DNA of 62,504 nt, counting the filler. It is 4 parts of 4 records of this genome, joined end to end, with 100 filler letters (N's around TTAATTAATTAA, not from the genome) between each part and the next. Parts side by side here need not be neighbours in the genome. Positions count along the whole stretch, not along the records: positions 1 to 22,116 come from SRR31156797_2105; 3 more parts are not named here. One strand, written 5' to 3'. Made by a program: the position numbers and the translations under genes. The notes below the pieces were generated by a model. The model did no database searches, was not told the origin of the DNA, and saw only the letters and a list, made by a program, of their open reading frames with translations. Positions within the stretch are counted from its first letter, which is position 1. Each line of letters opens with the position of its first letter. Positions 1-10,126 of this stretch are shown here, in pieces.

Positions 1-1
1 A

Positions 2-1777
2 GACCCGGAGAGGCACTGGGAAAAGGTCGCAGAAGAACTTGAATGGTTCGAAAGATGGGATAAAGTGAAGGAATGGGACCATCCGTATGCAAAATGGTTC
101 ACAGGTGCAAAGCTCAATGTTACTTACAACTGTCTTGACAGGCATATGCTCAACGGCAAAAGGAATAAAGTGGCACTGATCTGGGTGGGTGATGACGGAG
201 AGGAGCAGATACTTACTTACCGCCAGCTCTACCGTGAGGTCATGAGATTTGCCAACGGCCTGAAGTCTCTTGGCGTTGAGAAGGGTGACAGGGTCTGTAT
301 CTACATGCCTCTTGTCCCGGAACAGATCATTGCAATGCTGGCATGTGCACGTATCGGTGCGGTACACAGTGTCGTTTTCGGTGGTTTCGGAGCCAATGCA
401 CTGCATTCAAGGATAAAGGATGCACAGGCAAAGATAGTCATCACTGCGGATGCGACTCTCAGGCGTGGAAAACGTATCGATCTTAAAACTCTTGTTGATG
501 AGGCAGTTGTCAATTCCTCCTCCGTGGAAAAAATTGTTGTTCTGAGGAGAATGACTCCACAACTGGAGCTTTTCTCAGAGATCGAGGTGGATTTCTATGA
601 GATCATGGAGGATGTTGAAAAGGAGTGCGAACCCGAGGTCATGGATTCAGAGGATCCTCTGTTCATTCTCTATACAAGTGGTACCACAGGACCTGCGAAG
701 GGAATTGTTCATGCATGTGGTGGTTACATGGTTGGTACTTACTACACCACGAAAAATATGTTCGACCTGAAAGACAATGACGTTATGTGGTGTACAGCTG
801 ATCCGGGATGGATCACAGGTCACAGTTACATTGTCTATGGTCCGCTTTCCATGGGTGCAACTATTATGATATCAGAGACTACGCCAGACTATCCTGACCC
901 CGGTGTCTGGTGGAGCATGGTGGAAGAGTTCGATGTTACAATCCTCTACACTGCACCTACTGCGATCCGTATGTTCATGAGGATGGGTGAAGAATGGCCA
1001 GAAAAGTACAATCTCAGCTCACTACGCATACTGGGCTCAGTTGGTGAACCTCTTAATCCTGAGGCATTTGAGTGGTACTATCGTGTTATTGGAAAGGAAA
1101 AGTGTCCGATCCTTGATACATGGTGGCAGACCGAGACTGGTATGCACATGCTAACCACAGCCATTGGTGAGCCCATGAAGCCAGGATTTGCAGGCAGGCC
1201 TGTTCCGGGTGTTGTTGCAGAAGTTGTTAATGAGAATGGCGAACCTGTCCCTGCTGGAACAGGTGGTTTCCTTGTCATCAAAGAACCATGGCCTTCAATG
1301 ATGAGAACCGTTAATGGCAACGACGAGAGATATCGTCAGTACTGGAGCACCATCAAGAACTACTATGCAGCCGGTGACCTTGCTGTTAAGGATGAGGACG
1401 GTTACATCATGATCCTCGGACGCTCCGATGATGTCCTGATAGTCGCAGGTCACAACATCGGCAGCGCTGAGGTAGAGGGTGCCCTTGTCTCACATGAGGC
1501 AGTTGCAGAGGCTGCTGTCATCGGCAAACCCGATCCACTCAAGGGAGATTCCATCAAGGCCTTTATCATCCTGCGTATGGGTTTCGAGGCCAGTGCCAAA
1601 CTCAAGACCGATCTAGTCTATCACGTAAGGATGAACCTTGGTCCGATTGCAATGCCATCGGAGATCGAGTTTGTGGGATCACTTCCAAAGACCCGAAGCG
1701 GCAAGATCATGCGCCGTCTTCTCAAGGCACAGGAACTAGGTCAGGACCCGGGGGATGTTTCAACTCTGGAGGACTGA
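2..1777 (+). CDS. acs: Acetyl-CoA synthetase (AMP-forming), 5' end truncated by the window edge
   Basis: Motifs YTSGTTG, WCTADPGWITGHSY, DTWWQTETG and LPKTRSGKIMRRLL. The frame stays open upstream of the GTG at 65 back to base 2 (DPERHWEKVAEELEWF). Confidence 0.95.
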   Translation, partial: DPERHWEKVAEELEWFERWDKVKEWDHPYAKWFTGAKLNVTYNCLDRHMLNGKRNKVALIWVGDDGEEQILTYRQLYREVMRFANGLKSLGVEKGDRVCIYMPLVPEQIIAMLACARIGAVHSVVFGGFGANALHSRIKDAQAKIVITADATLRRGKRIDLKTLVDEAVVNSSSVEKIVVLRRMTPQLELFSEIEVDFYEIMEDVEKECEPEVMDSEDPLFILYTSGTTGPAKGIVHACGGYMVGTYYTTKNMFDLKDNDVMWCTADPGWITGHSYIVYGPLSMGATIMISETTPDYPDPGVWWSMVEEFDVTILYTAPTAIRMFMRMGEEWPEKYNLSSLRILGSVGEPLNPEAFEWYYRVIGKEKCPILDTWWQTETGMHMLTTAIGEPMKPGFAGRPVPGVVAEVVNENGEPVPAGTGGFLVIKEPWPSMMRTVNGNDERYRQYWSTIKNYYAAGDLAVKDEDGYIMILGRSDDVLIVAGHNIGSAEVEGALVSHEAVAEAAVIGKPDPLKGDSIKAFIILRMGFEASAKLKTDLVYHVRMNLGPIAMPSEIEFVGSLPKTRSGKIMRRLLKAQELGQDPGDVSTLED

Positions 1778-1883
1778 TCTCCTCCTTTTATTTTATTCTA
1801 TTTTTAGCCTGGTCTGTGCTTTGTCACTAAAAACAGTAACAGTTATGAACCATACTTTACCTATAATTAATAATTAACAGCAG

Positions 1884-2684
1884 GTGAGCACCATGATCGA
1901 TTTTTTTGACCTTTATCTTTCAGAGGATTGTCCTTACGGCGATGAGACCACAGAGCTCCTTGGTATAGAGGGTACCGGGCGTATCCGTATCAAATCAAGA
2001 GAACACGGGGTGGCAGCGTGTATGGATGACCTTGCGGCGTTCTACAGGAAGAATGGACTTGAGGTCGTGAACATGGTCCCGAATGGGGATGAGTTCAATC
2101 CCAATGATGTTATCTTCGAGGCACAGGGTGACCTTCCGATCATCTTCAAACTCTGGAGGATATCCCAGACATTCCTTTCAATGGTCTGTTCCATCGCATC
2201 AAAGACTCGCTTTGCCGTTGAACTTGCAAGAAAGACGAACCCTGATATAATGATAGCCACAAGTCGCAAGACTCATCCGGGCTTTCGCAAGTATGAGCTC
2301 AAGGCTGTGAAGATTGGAGGCGGGACACACCATCGTAATTCTCTGAGCGATTCTATTCTCGTAACACAGAACCACCTTGACGTCATGGAGAAACAGGTTG
2401 ATCTCAGGGCAATGAAGAAGATAGAGATCGAGCCACGCACAAGGGAGGAGGCTCTGGAAGCAGCTCTGGTTGCGGATATGCTTCTTCTTGATCACTACAG
2501 TCCTGAGGAACTGAAGGAATTCGTACCGGAACTACGTGCCCTGAATCCACATCTTGAGATCGCTGTGGGTGGCATCAAGCTTAATATGGTATCTGATTAT
2601 GCGGAACACGTGGATGTTATTGTCACTACTGCTCCCTATTATGCGGATCCTCTTGACCTTACGTCGAAGATACGAAGGCTCTGA
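1884..2684 (+). CDS. modD: ModD/NadC-like quinolinate phosphoribosyltransferase-fold protein
   Basis: EDCPYGDETT N-terminus, TSRKTHPG, HRNSLSDSILVTQNH, IEIE, LLLDH. It lacks the NadC-type IKDNH. The start could be the ATG at 1893. Confidence 0.7.
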   Translation: MSTMIDFFDLYLSEDCPYGDETTELLGIEGTGRIRIKSREHGVAACMDDLAAFYRKNGLEVVNMVPNGDEFNPNDVIFEAQGDLPIIFKLWRISQTFLSMVCSIASKTRFAVELARKTNPDIMIATSRKTHPGFRKYELKAVKIGGGTHHRNSLSDSILVTQNHLDVMEKQVDLRAMKKIEIEPRTREEALEAALVADMLLLDHYSPEELKEFVPELRALNPHLEIAVGGIKLNMVSDYAEHVDVIVTTAPYYADPLDLTSKIRRL

Positions 2685-2876
2685 GTATATATGGTGCACG
2701 AAAACTATATATGCGTATAATGACATGGTTGTGTGTGTAACATGCATTACCGATTAAATGGGCAAAGTGTTTTTGGGGTTTTGACAACAGTGGTCTTTTC
2801 GGTTGTGTCATGTATTGCAAGCATCGAAAGATAGAAATAATCAATTCATTACTATAGCATACAGAGGTGTTTACAT

Positions 2877-3146
2877 ATGAGCAATGTAGAATTATTAGAT
2901 TTCAGTGCAACCTGGTGCGGACCATGTAAGATGCAGAAACCACATCTTGAAAAGGTAGAAGCAGAATTCGGTGACAAGGTAGATGTGAAAGTCATTGATG
3001 TGGACCAGAACCAGTCACTTGCAGCACAGTATGGCATCCAGGCCGTACCAACACTCATCATTCTTAAAGATGGAGATGTCGCAAAGCGCTTTACCGGTAT
3101 GACAACATCCGGCATCCTCATCGAGGAACTAAATAAAGTGCTTTAA
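2877..3146 (+). CDS. trxA: Thioredoxin
   Basis: DFSATWCGPC and cis-Pro motif IQAVPT; GAGGTG ribosome-binding site upstream. Confidence 0.93.
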   Translation: MSNVELLDFSATWCGPCKMQKPHLEKVEAEFGDKVDVKVIDVDQNQSLAAQYGIQAVPTLIILKDGDVAKRFTGMTTSGILIEELNKVL

Positions 3147-3262
3147 GCACTTTTTCCTCTCTTTTCTTTTGCAATCATTTACAACAATTCACAGTAATTT
3201 CTTTAGTATTTTCAAAAAGCGTAAATACCTTAAGGTCATTCCAATGTCGAGGGTTACGTAAA

Positions 3263-4276
3263 TTGAAGGAACTGGTCGATCTTGGTGTAATGGTATTCAG
3301 GGAGAAAAACTCCCGTGGATCTTTCAAACCTCATCTTTCTATTAAATTCAGGTCAGCAGAAGGGGACCTTGTGACATTTTCCGTGGATACGAGCCGTACT
3401 CCTGCCAAATACAAACAGCCTGATGCTTACCTTATCACACACGCCCATTCCGACCATCATGGTAAATCTGCAATGCTCTCTGATCGTGCGGTCTGTTCTG
3501 AGAAGACTGCTCTTGCTCTTGAGATACGTCACCAGCGCAAGTATGCAGGCAGGACGTTCAAGGTAGGGGAGACTATAGATGTCAAAGGCGTTAAGGTGCA
3601 GACCTTTCCTAACTTTCATACTGTCGGTTCGACCTCTTTTATGTGGGAGAACGAGCTCGGCACAAAGGTACTTGTGACAGGCGACGTAAAGGACGCTTCC
3701 ATGCTTCCCAGCTGTGATGTCCTGATAACCGAAGCAAATTATGGGGATCCAGGGGATACTACATGCTTTTTTGATGACGATATCTCAGGTTTTGAGTGCG
3801 CTTTCAGGAATGATTCATCCATTGCATTTGGGGCCTATGCATTCGGTAAGGCCCAGAGGGCAGTGGAACTGCTCAGGGAACTTGGTTATGATGGGGTCAT
3901 AGAGATGGATGATCAATCCCTTGCATTGACCCGCACTCTTGTTGATGATGCCGGTGAGCTGGATTACATCGGCAATTCATGCAGTGACTGTATCAGTGTC
4001 GTACCACCGTGGGACCTTGGCAAACTGCCAGATCATATATCCAAATATGTGATGACAGGCCGCAGTGATTATCGTTATCCTGCAATCCAGATAAGTGATC
4101 ATCTCGATGCAAGGGGGCTGGAAGCAATGGTAAAAGACATCGATCCGGAGTTCACAGTTGTCTATCATCCCAATGGACACAGGCCCGGTAGATTCGCAAA
4201 ACATCTTCATTCTATTGGTTTTAATGCACTTTCAATTGACAGGATAGAAAATATTCTGAGCAATGAATTTGTGTAA
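3263..4276 (+). CDS. Metallo-beta-lactamase-fold (beta-CASP-like) hydrolase/nuclease
   Basis: THAHSDH, HTVGS, VTGD, LITEANYG, YAFGKAQR and SDH motifs. Confidence 0.8.
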   Translation: MKELVDLGVMVFREKNSRGSFKPHLSIKFRSAEGDLVTFSVDTSRTPAKYKQPDAYLITHAHSDHHGKSAMLSDRAVCSEKTALALEIRHQRKYAGRTFKVGETIDVKGVKVQTFPNFHTVGSTSFMWENELGTKVLVTGDVKDASMLPSCDVLITEANYGDPGDTTCFFDDDISGFECAFRNDSSIAFGAYAFGKAQRAVELLRELGYDGVIEMDDQSLALTRTLVDDAGELDYIGNSCSDCISVVPPWDLGKLPDHISKYVMTGRSDYRYPAIQISDHLDARGLEAMVKDIDPEFTVVYHPNGHRPGRFAKHLHSIGFNALSIDRIENILSNEFV

Positions 4277-4360
4277 GATTTACTCCGGCAGGATAAACAT
4301 TTATATAAGTATTGGTTTTTATAGTATCCGTATCCAAGTTGCACCAGGAGATCATATCAA

Positions 4361-4765
4361 TTGTCAAAATCATCCAAGAAAAAACAATCATCAACATCTG
4401 TAAGTAAGGCTGTTGATGACGCTAAATCAGATTCTGCTTCACCAGGTTTCGGCAGGTCTGAATACAAGCCAAAGACCCCCGAAGAAAAAAGAAAAGCTCA
4501 CAAAGAGGGGATCATAAAGACAGCAGTTGCAGCTGTTATTGGTATCATAGCAGGTATTATTGCCTTTACGCAGCTTGGAGCAGGCGAAGACCGGGTATGG
4601 TATGCAATACTGACAATTGTTGCCGGTTTATCATATTACGGCATGAGACTTATCTTCCCGTTGTTCAAAGTCAGGACAAAGGAATTTGGTTTCAAGGACT
4701 GGTTCTATGTTGAGTTTATTGTAATAGATTTCTTCTTTGTAACATGGACACTGCTCCTTAATTGA
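4361..4765 (+). CDS. Small three-TM archaeal membrane protein (EMC6-like), upstream of ABCE1
   Basis: Three hydrophobic segments and a C-terminal FGFKDWFYV...TWTLLLN. The EMC6-like call is from recalled family appearance and context. Confidence 0.6.
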   Translation: MSKSSKKKQSSTSVSKAVDDAKSDSASPGFGRSEYKPKTPEEKRKAHKEGIIKTAVAAVIGIIAGIIAFTQLGAGEDRVWYAILTIVAGLSYYGMRLIFPLFKVRTKEFGFKDWFYVEFIVIDFFFVTWTLLLN

Positions 4766-4814
4766 TCGTCTCTTTTTACCTTTATTCATTTTATTTTATT
4801 GACAGGGATCCGAC

Positions 4815-6587
4815 ATGCGAATTGCTATATTGAACAAAGATAGATGTCAGCCAAGACGCTGTAGTCATGAATGTGAAAAATACTGCCCCCGCGTAAGGAC
4901 CGGGGATGAAACCATAATCTTTGGTGAGGACGGCAAGCCGGTTATATCCGAAGAGATGTGTGTTGGCTGTGGAATATGTATCCACAAGTGTCCTTTTGAA
5001 GCTATTATGATAATCGGGCTTCCTGAAGCTCTCAAAGAGCCTACCCACAGGTACGGCCCAAATGGTTTTGCACTCTATGGTCTGCCAGTCCCACAGGTTG
5101 GAAGGGTCACGGGTATTCTTGGACCAAACGGTATCGGTAAAAGTACCGCAGTCCAGATCCTGTCCGGCAGTCTTGTGCCAAACTTCTCTCAAGAGGCTGG
5201 AAACTGGGAAAAGGTACTTGAGCATTATTCGGGCACGGCTCTCCATGAATACTTTACCGACGTAGTTGATGGTAACATCAAGGTTTCCCAGAAACCACAA
5301 TACGTTGACCTTATTCCAAAAGCATTTAAGGGTAAGACTAGTGAACTGCTTGACAAGACCGATGAGATCGGTAAACTTCCGGAACTTGTTGAACGCCTGA
5401 ATCTTTCACATGTCCTTGACCGCAAAATCACGGAACTTAGTGGCGGTGAACTCCAGAGAGTAGCCATTGCAGCTTGTGCTGCCAAAGATGCTGATTTCTA
5501 TTTCTTTGATGAAATAAGTCCTTATCTTGATATCCATCAGCGTATCAATACGGCCCAGTTAATACAGGAGATAGCTGAGGACAAGGCGGTACTTGTTGTA
5601 GAGCACGACCTTGCCATACTTGATATGCTTGCGGATGTCGTTCACGTTGCATACGGTGAACCTGGAGGTTACGGTGTCATCACACATCCAAAGGGTGTGC
5701 GTATTGCAATCAACCAATACCTCAAAGGTTATCTGCCTGAAGAGAATGTGCGTGTGCGTACCGATGCCATCAAGTTTGAGGTGCATCCGCCAAGGGCCGC
5801 GACGGACATCAATACCCTTGTGGACTACGATGCCTTCTCCAAGAAATACGGTGAAGGATTTGCCCTTTCAACCGTAGGGGGCTCGCTGAAACAAGGTGAG
5901 GTTCTCGGTATAGTGGGTCCTAATGGTATAGGTAAATCTACGTTCGTAAAGATACTTGCAGGTGAGGTTGAGCCTGATGAGGGCGAACTGGACCTTGATA
6001 TCAAGATCGCATATAAACCCCAGTACATCAAAGCTGACACCCCGATCCCTGTACAGTACTTCCTGCGCGGTATTTCCAACAAGTTCGATAGCAGCTATTT
6101 CCAGTCAGAGATTGCTAAGCCATTGAACATCGAGAAGTTCTACGATCGTCTTGTCACTGATCTCAGTGGTGGTGAACTCCAGAGAGTTGCCATTGCAGGA
6201 TGTCTCATGCAGGAAGCTGATATGTATATTCTTGATGAACCAAGTGCTCACCTTGACGTAGAACAGCGTTCCATGGCAACCAAGGTCATCAAGAGGTTTG
6301 CAGAGAACAACGGTAAGACTGCAATGGTGGTCGATCACGATATCTACATGATAGACATGCTCAGTGAGCGTCTGATTGTCTTTGAGGGTGAACCTGCAGT
6401 CTATGGTAAGGCACATGAGCCTTCCAGCATGCAGGATGGTATGAACAAGTTCCTTGCAAACCTGAATATCACATTCAGGCGTGATGAGGATACATCCCGC
6501 CCCAGGGTCAACAAACCTGAATCAAGACTTGACAGGGAACAGAAATCAAAGGGAGAATATTACTACCACGATATTATGGATGAGTAA
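4815..6587 (+). CDS. rli: Ribosome recycling ATPase ABCE1/RLI
   Basis: N-terminal Fe-S Cys clusters (C..RRC..EC..YCP; CVGCGICIHKCP) and two ABC domains (GPNGIGKST and LSGGELQR, each twice). Confidence 0.97.
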   Translation: MRIAILNKDRCQPRRCSHECEKYCPRVRTGDETIIFGEDGKPVISEEMCVGCGICIHKCPFEAIMIIGLPEALKEPTHRYGPNGFALYGLPVPQVGRVTGILGPNGIGKSTAVQILSGSLVPNFSQEAGNWEKVLEHYSGTALHEYFTDVVDGNIKVSQKPQYVDLIPKAFKGKTSELLDKTDEIGKLPELVERLNLSHVLDRKITELSGGELQRVAIAACAAKDADFYFFDEISPYLDIHQRINTAQLIQEIAEDKAVLVVEHDLAILDMLADVVHVAYGEPGGYGVITHPKGVRIAINQYLKGYLPEENVRVRTDAIKFEVHPPRAATDINTLVDYDAFSKKYGEGFALSTVGGSLKQGEVLGIVGPNGIGKSTFVKILAGEVEPDEGELDLDIKIAYKPQYIKADTPIPVQYFLRGISNKFDSSYFQSEIAKPLNIEKFYDRLVTDLSGGELQRVAIAGCLMQEADMYILDEPSAHLDVEQRSMATKVIKRFAENNGKTAMVVDHDIYMIDMLSERLIVFEGEPAVYGKAHEPSSMQDGMNKFLANLNITFRRDEDTSRPRVNKPESRLDREQKSKGEYYYHDIMDE

Positions 6588-6681
6588 TCCCTTTTCTTTT
6601 CTTATTTTGATTCGGTTTTTAATACAATATTTGTTAACTACAAATTTCAGTACTTTGATTATTTTATTTTTAACCAACGTT

Positions 6682-6701
6682 TACTTACATACAAGTAAGT
6701 A
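6682..6701. promoter_or_regulatory. Palindromic operator TACTTAC-N6-GTAAGTA, probable TetR autoregulatory site
   Basis: Perfect 7-bp inverted repeat about 50 bp upstream of the TetR start. Confidence 0.6.
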
Positions 6702-6753
6702 TTTATTGAATAATGTCATATTAATTAGCTATATAACAGATACACGTGTTGCT

Positions 6754-7332
6754 ATGACAGAAATGAACCAGACCAATCAACAGATACTCTATTATGCAAG
6801 GATCTTTTTGCAAAGCCGGGGTTATCATGGATTCAGTTACAAGGACATTTCCCAGAAACTGGGAATAAAAAATGCTGCAATTCATCATTATTATCCAAAA
6901 AAAGAAGATCTGGTTGCCGCTCTGCTCGAAGAGAGCAGAAAGGACATATCCGGGGATGTTGCCCGGATAGCTTACTCAAGAGGTTCGGCGCGTGATCAGC
7001 TACAGTATTATTTTGATCTTGCATTAAGAGAGTTTGATGAAGGTAAAAGTATCTGTCCACCTGGCTCTGTAATTCTTGGTTTTGAAGAGCTTCCGGAAAA
7101 GGTAAAAACACAAAACATGTTGCTGCTTACTGATGTCCTGTCCTGGCTTGCCGAGGTTCTCAGGATTGGTCAGGAGGAAGGTGAGTTTAATTTTTCCGGT
7201 TCGACGGAAGCACGTTCTGAATTATTGTTTGAATCGCTGCTGGGTGCCCGACAATTATCCAGCATCAGGGGGCGGAAGACACTTGTCAGGACAATCTCTC
7301 AGATTAAATCTGATCTTGGGTGGAATGATTGA
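6754..7332 (+). CDS. TetR/AcrR family transcriptional regulator
   Basis: HTH region LQSRGYHGFSYKDISQKLGIKNAAIHHYYPKKEDL. Start moved to the in-frame ATG at 6754. Confidence 0.92.
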   Translation: MTEMNQTNQQILYYARIFLQSRGYHGFSYKDISQKLGIKNAAIHHYYPKKEDLVAALLEESRKDISGDVARIAYSRGSARDQLQYYFDLALREFDEGKSICPPGSVILGFEELPEKVKTQNMLLLTDVLSWLAEVLRIGQEEGEFNFSGSTEARSELLFESLLGARQLSSIRGRKTLVRTISQIKSDLGWND

Positions 7333-7351
7333 TTTTTTTTTCTCAGGCACA

Positions 7352-7370
7352 ACTTACTTATATATAAGTA
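7352..7370. promoter_or_regulatory. Second copy of the putative TetR operator (ACTTAC-N6-ATAAGT), overlapping a TATA-like element
   Basis: One mismatch from the core of the 6682 site; lies upstream of the DUF1638 pair. Confidence 0.5.
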
Positions 7371-7441
7371 TATATAATCTTATATGGTCAGTTTTTCCTG
7401 AAAGAATTGATCATATATACAATTACAAAGGAGATATTGCA

Positions 7442-8245
7442 ATGTCACTGATCAGTATTATTTCATGCAAAATACTTCAGGATGAGATTGTCTGGCTTTT
7501 AAGCAAGGACCCTGAAGTTAAGAATATCGTTATCGTAAAAAACACGAACATTTCCGAATTTACAGAAAAGCTTGATGATAAGCAGATTTCGTATGAGATT
7601 CTTCCGCTTGAAAAGATACAATCCTCTATTGGGAACAACGACGATGGAAAATTAACAGTAGTTGTTAATATCCTGGAACTCGGCCTTCACATGGTGCCAA
7701 AAAAACTCAAATCCGAAGTCTATCAACATATAGGTGAAATGACCTCATTTTCCAGTGGCATTCTCCTGTTTTATGGCCTTTGCGGCAACGTTTTGGGTAA
7801 TGTGGAAGATGATTTCTGTCAGGAAAAAGACGGATGCGTTGTGAGAATACTCAGGGATGATGAAAGAATTGTGGATGACTGTATTGGGGCAACAGTCGGT
7901 GGTTGTGCAAACTACCTGAACTTGCTCAAAGAAAACAGTAAAGAGCCTGCCTTCTTTTTTACACCAATGTTTGCTAATTCCTGGAGGGAACTCTCGGCTT
8001 ATGGTTATGATTATGATTCCAATCCGGAAGAAGCAGTTAAAGTAGCAAAAATGGTCAATGACATGGCCGGATATTCAAGAGTTGCAAAGGTCAATACCGG
8101 TCTTGATTATGTAAAGGGTTTTGATGAAAAGATAGATGAATATGCATCCCTGTTTGGATACAGTACATTTGAGGTACACGGTAATCAGGAGATATTCGAG
8201 AAATGTTATCATTCTATCAAGAATGAAATAAATAGCAGTAATTAA
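7442..8245 (+). CDS. DUF1638-like protein
   Basis: SIISCKILQDE, LGLH..P, LFYGLCGN and VDDCIGATVGG. GGAGA ribosome-binding site before the ATG at 7442. Confidence 0.75.
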   Translation: MSLISIISCKILQDEIVWLLSKDPEVKNIVIVKNTNISEFTEKLDDKQISYEILPLEKIQSSIGNNDDGKLTVVVNILELGLHMVPKKLKSEVYQHIGEMTSFSSGILLFYGLCGNVLGNVEDDFCQEKDGCVVRILRDDERIVDDCIGATVGGCANYLNLLKENSKEPAFFFTPMFANSWRELSAYGYDYDSNPEEAVKVAKMVNDMAGYSRVAKVNTGLDYVKGFDEKIDEYASLFGYSTFEVHGNQEIFEKCYHSIKNEINSSN

Positions 8246-8261
8246 TAAAACTGGTTTTGTC

Positions 8262-9125
8262 ATGCCTGTCCTGAGTATAGTTGCCTGCGAAATGCTTGAA
8301 GATGAGCTTGTACATGTTCTCTCAGAGGATCCTGATATCAGACAATTGTATTTAGTGGAGAACAGAAACAGTTTCAGGTTGACGAAGAAACTGAAATCAA
8401 AAGAGCTTCGACCTCTGGTATTTCCTTTTGACAGGTTATCAGATACTGTTGTAGAAAATAATCGTGGTATATTTTCCGAACTTATTTTATGTCTTCACAA
8501 ATCTGCTTTCTTCAAAAAAATGAGTAATACACTCAGATCAAAGAATAATGGACAGCCTAATCTTATAATTGTGGTAAATCTCCTGCCAAAAGACCTGCAT
8601 GCTGACATGGATAGCCTGCACTCTGAAGTATACCGCAATGCCAGGGACATGGCAGAATTTTCGGATGGGGTCCTGCTTTTTTACGGGAAATGTGCTTATA
8701 GTCATGACTCAGAAATCGAGTTAAAGACGCTTGATTGTCCTGTTTATTTCCTGAAAGACAATAACCGGGAGGTTGCAGATGATTGCATCAGTGTGGCTCT
8801 CGGAGGAAATACCGGCTACACTGAAACAAAATTAAAGTGGGCTGGGAAAGGTTCCTTTTATGCGACTCCAATGTGGGTTTCCAGTTTTCAGGAATGGATG
8901 GCTGGATCTAAGGCATTACTGAATGACATAGATAAGTATCTGGGAAGTCCTGAGTATGAGCAGCTTTTCAAGATCAATACTCCATCACTTGTGAATAGTG
9001 ATTATCATAGAAACACTTCTGAGTTTGCAAAGCATTTTGATATGAATGTCATTGAAGTTAAAGGCACCATGAGACTATCGCTGGATTCTTATATGGATGC
9101 AAAAGCCGGTGTTTGTAAAAGGTAA
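8262..9125 (+). CDS. DUF1638-like protein (paralog of the upstream gene)
   Basis: SIVACEMLEDE, DLH, LFYGKC, ADDCISVALGG and FYATPMW align with the upstream protein. Confidence 0.72.
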   Translation: MPVLSIVACEMLEDELVHVLSEDPDIRQLYLVENRNSFRLTKKLKSKELRPLVFPFDRLSDTVVENNRGIFSELILCLHKSAFFKKMSNTLRSKNNGQPNLIIVVNLLPKDLHADMDSLHSEVYRNARDMAEFSDGVLLFYGKCAYSHDSEIELKTLDCPVYFLKDNNREVADDCISVALGGNTGYTETKLKWAGKGSFYATPMWVSSFQEWMAGSKALLNDIDKYLGSPEYEQLFKINTPSLVNSDYHRNTSEFAKHFDMNVIEVKGTMRLSLDSYMDAKAGVCKR

Positions 9126-9193
9126 GAATTAAAAGATACGATCATCTGTTTGATAAAGAATCCACAATTTTTGTTTATTCTTCTTTTAATCCT

Positions 9194-9976
9194 TCACAAA
9201 ATCTCTTTTTCCATTACCCGGTAAAATTCATCGGATGCCTGTTTTTCAAGCCATGGATAGTGTCCGCATTTTTCCAGCAGGATAAATCTGAAATCATCCA
9301 GTACTCCTGAAAGTGGCTGTTCTACGCCTTCAAAAGGATGAGGATCGTAGCTACCATGGATCGCAACAACCGGGCATTTGATCTGCTCTCCTGTTCTGAG
9401 CAGTTTACCACTACTTCTCATGTAGCTGGCTTCGTTCCATATACTTTTATTGACCTGATGATGGAACCCTTCTGTCTCCTCAAAAGGGGTAAAATCAAAG
9501 GAATCTGCTAAGGACATGAGTCTGCCGAATCTGGTGAAAAAATGGTTCTTGTTCCTGACTGAAGGGTCGCTCATTTTACAACTGAGATGTAGGTACTCAT
9601 CTATTTCTATTTGACTCATACGGTCAAGTCGCTTCTGCATTATTGTGTTAGCATGCCTTTCTTCAAAAGGCCCGCTTGAGATGAGTATGAGCTTCTTAAC
9701 ATAGGATGGGTATCGTGCAGTGAACAGAAAGGCAAGCCAGGCACCCCAAGAGTGTCCTGCCAGTGTCAGGGGAAGTTTTCCATGCTTGTGCAGCATTTTT
9801 TTCAGTTCCCTTATTTGCCCTTCGATACTCATTGATGTTTGTAACGGCTCAATCACTCCATTTTTTTCAGAGAGTTCTCTGGCAAGCTCTGTAACGGTTC
9901 CCGGGGCACCAGGTCCGCCATGGACTACTGCTACACTGTAAGGTTCTTTTCCGTATTTTCGGGGGTTAGGACTCAT
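9194..9976 (-). CDS. Alpha/beta-fold hydrolase
   Basis: HGGPG, GHSWG nucleophile, HGSYDP and CGHYPW. Confidence 0.9.
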   Translation of the reverse strand: MSPNPRKYGKEPYSVAVVHGGPGAPGTVTELARELSEKNGVIEPLQTSMSIEGQIRELKKMLHKHGKLPLTLAGHSWGAWLAFLFTARYPSYVKKLILISSGPFEERHANTIMQKRLDRMSQIEIDEYLHLSCKMSDPSVRNKNHFFTRFGRLMSLADSFDFTPFEETEGFHHQVNKSIWNEASYMRSSGKLLRTGEQIKCPVVAIHGSYDPHPFEGVEQPLSGVLDDFRFILLEKCGHYPWLEKQASDEFYRVMEKEIL

Positions 9977-10126
9977 TTAAACTTTCCAATTTGATCAATG
10001 TAACGAAATCTATATCCTTTTAGTTTAAAAGTAGATATGTTTATATATAATCTGTATAAATATATTATTTATTATTAAAAACGTATTGGCTTTTGCTTGA
10101 TGCTGTTTTTACTTGGATGTGGTATA

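Noticed and set aside
6481-7441. Long N-terminal extensions of the TetR and DUF1638 ORFs
   Set aside because: They overlap upstream genes and AT-rich promoter DNA; better starts exist at 6754 and 7442.
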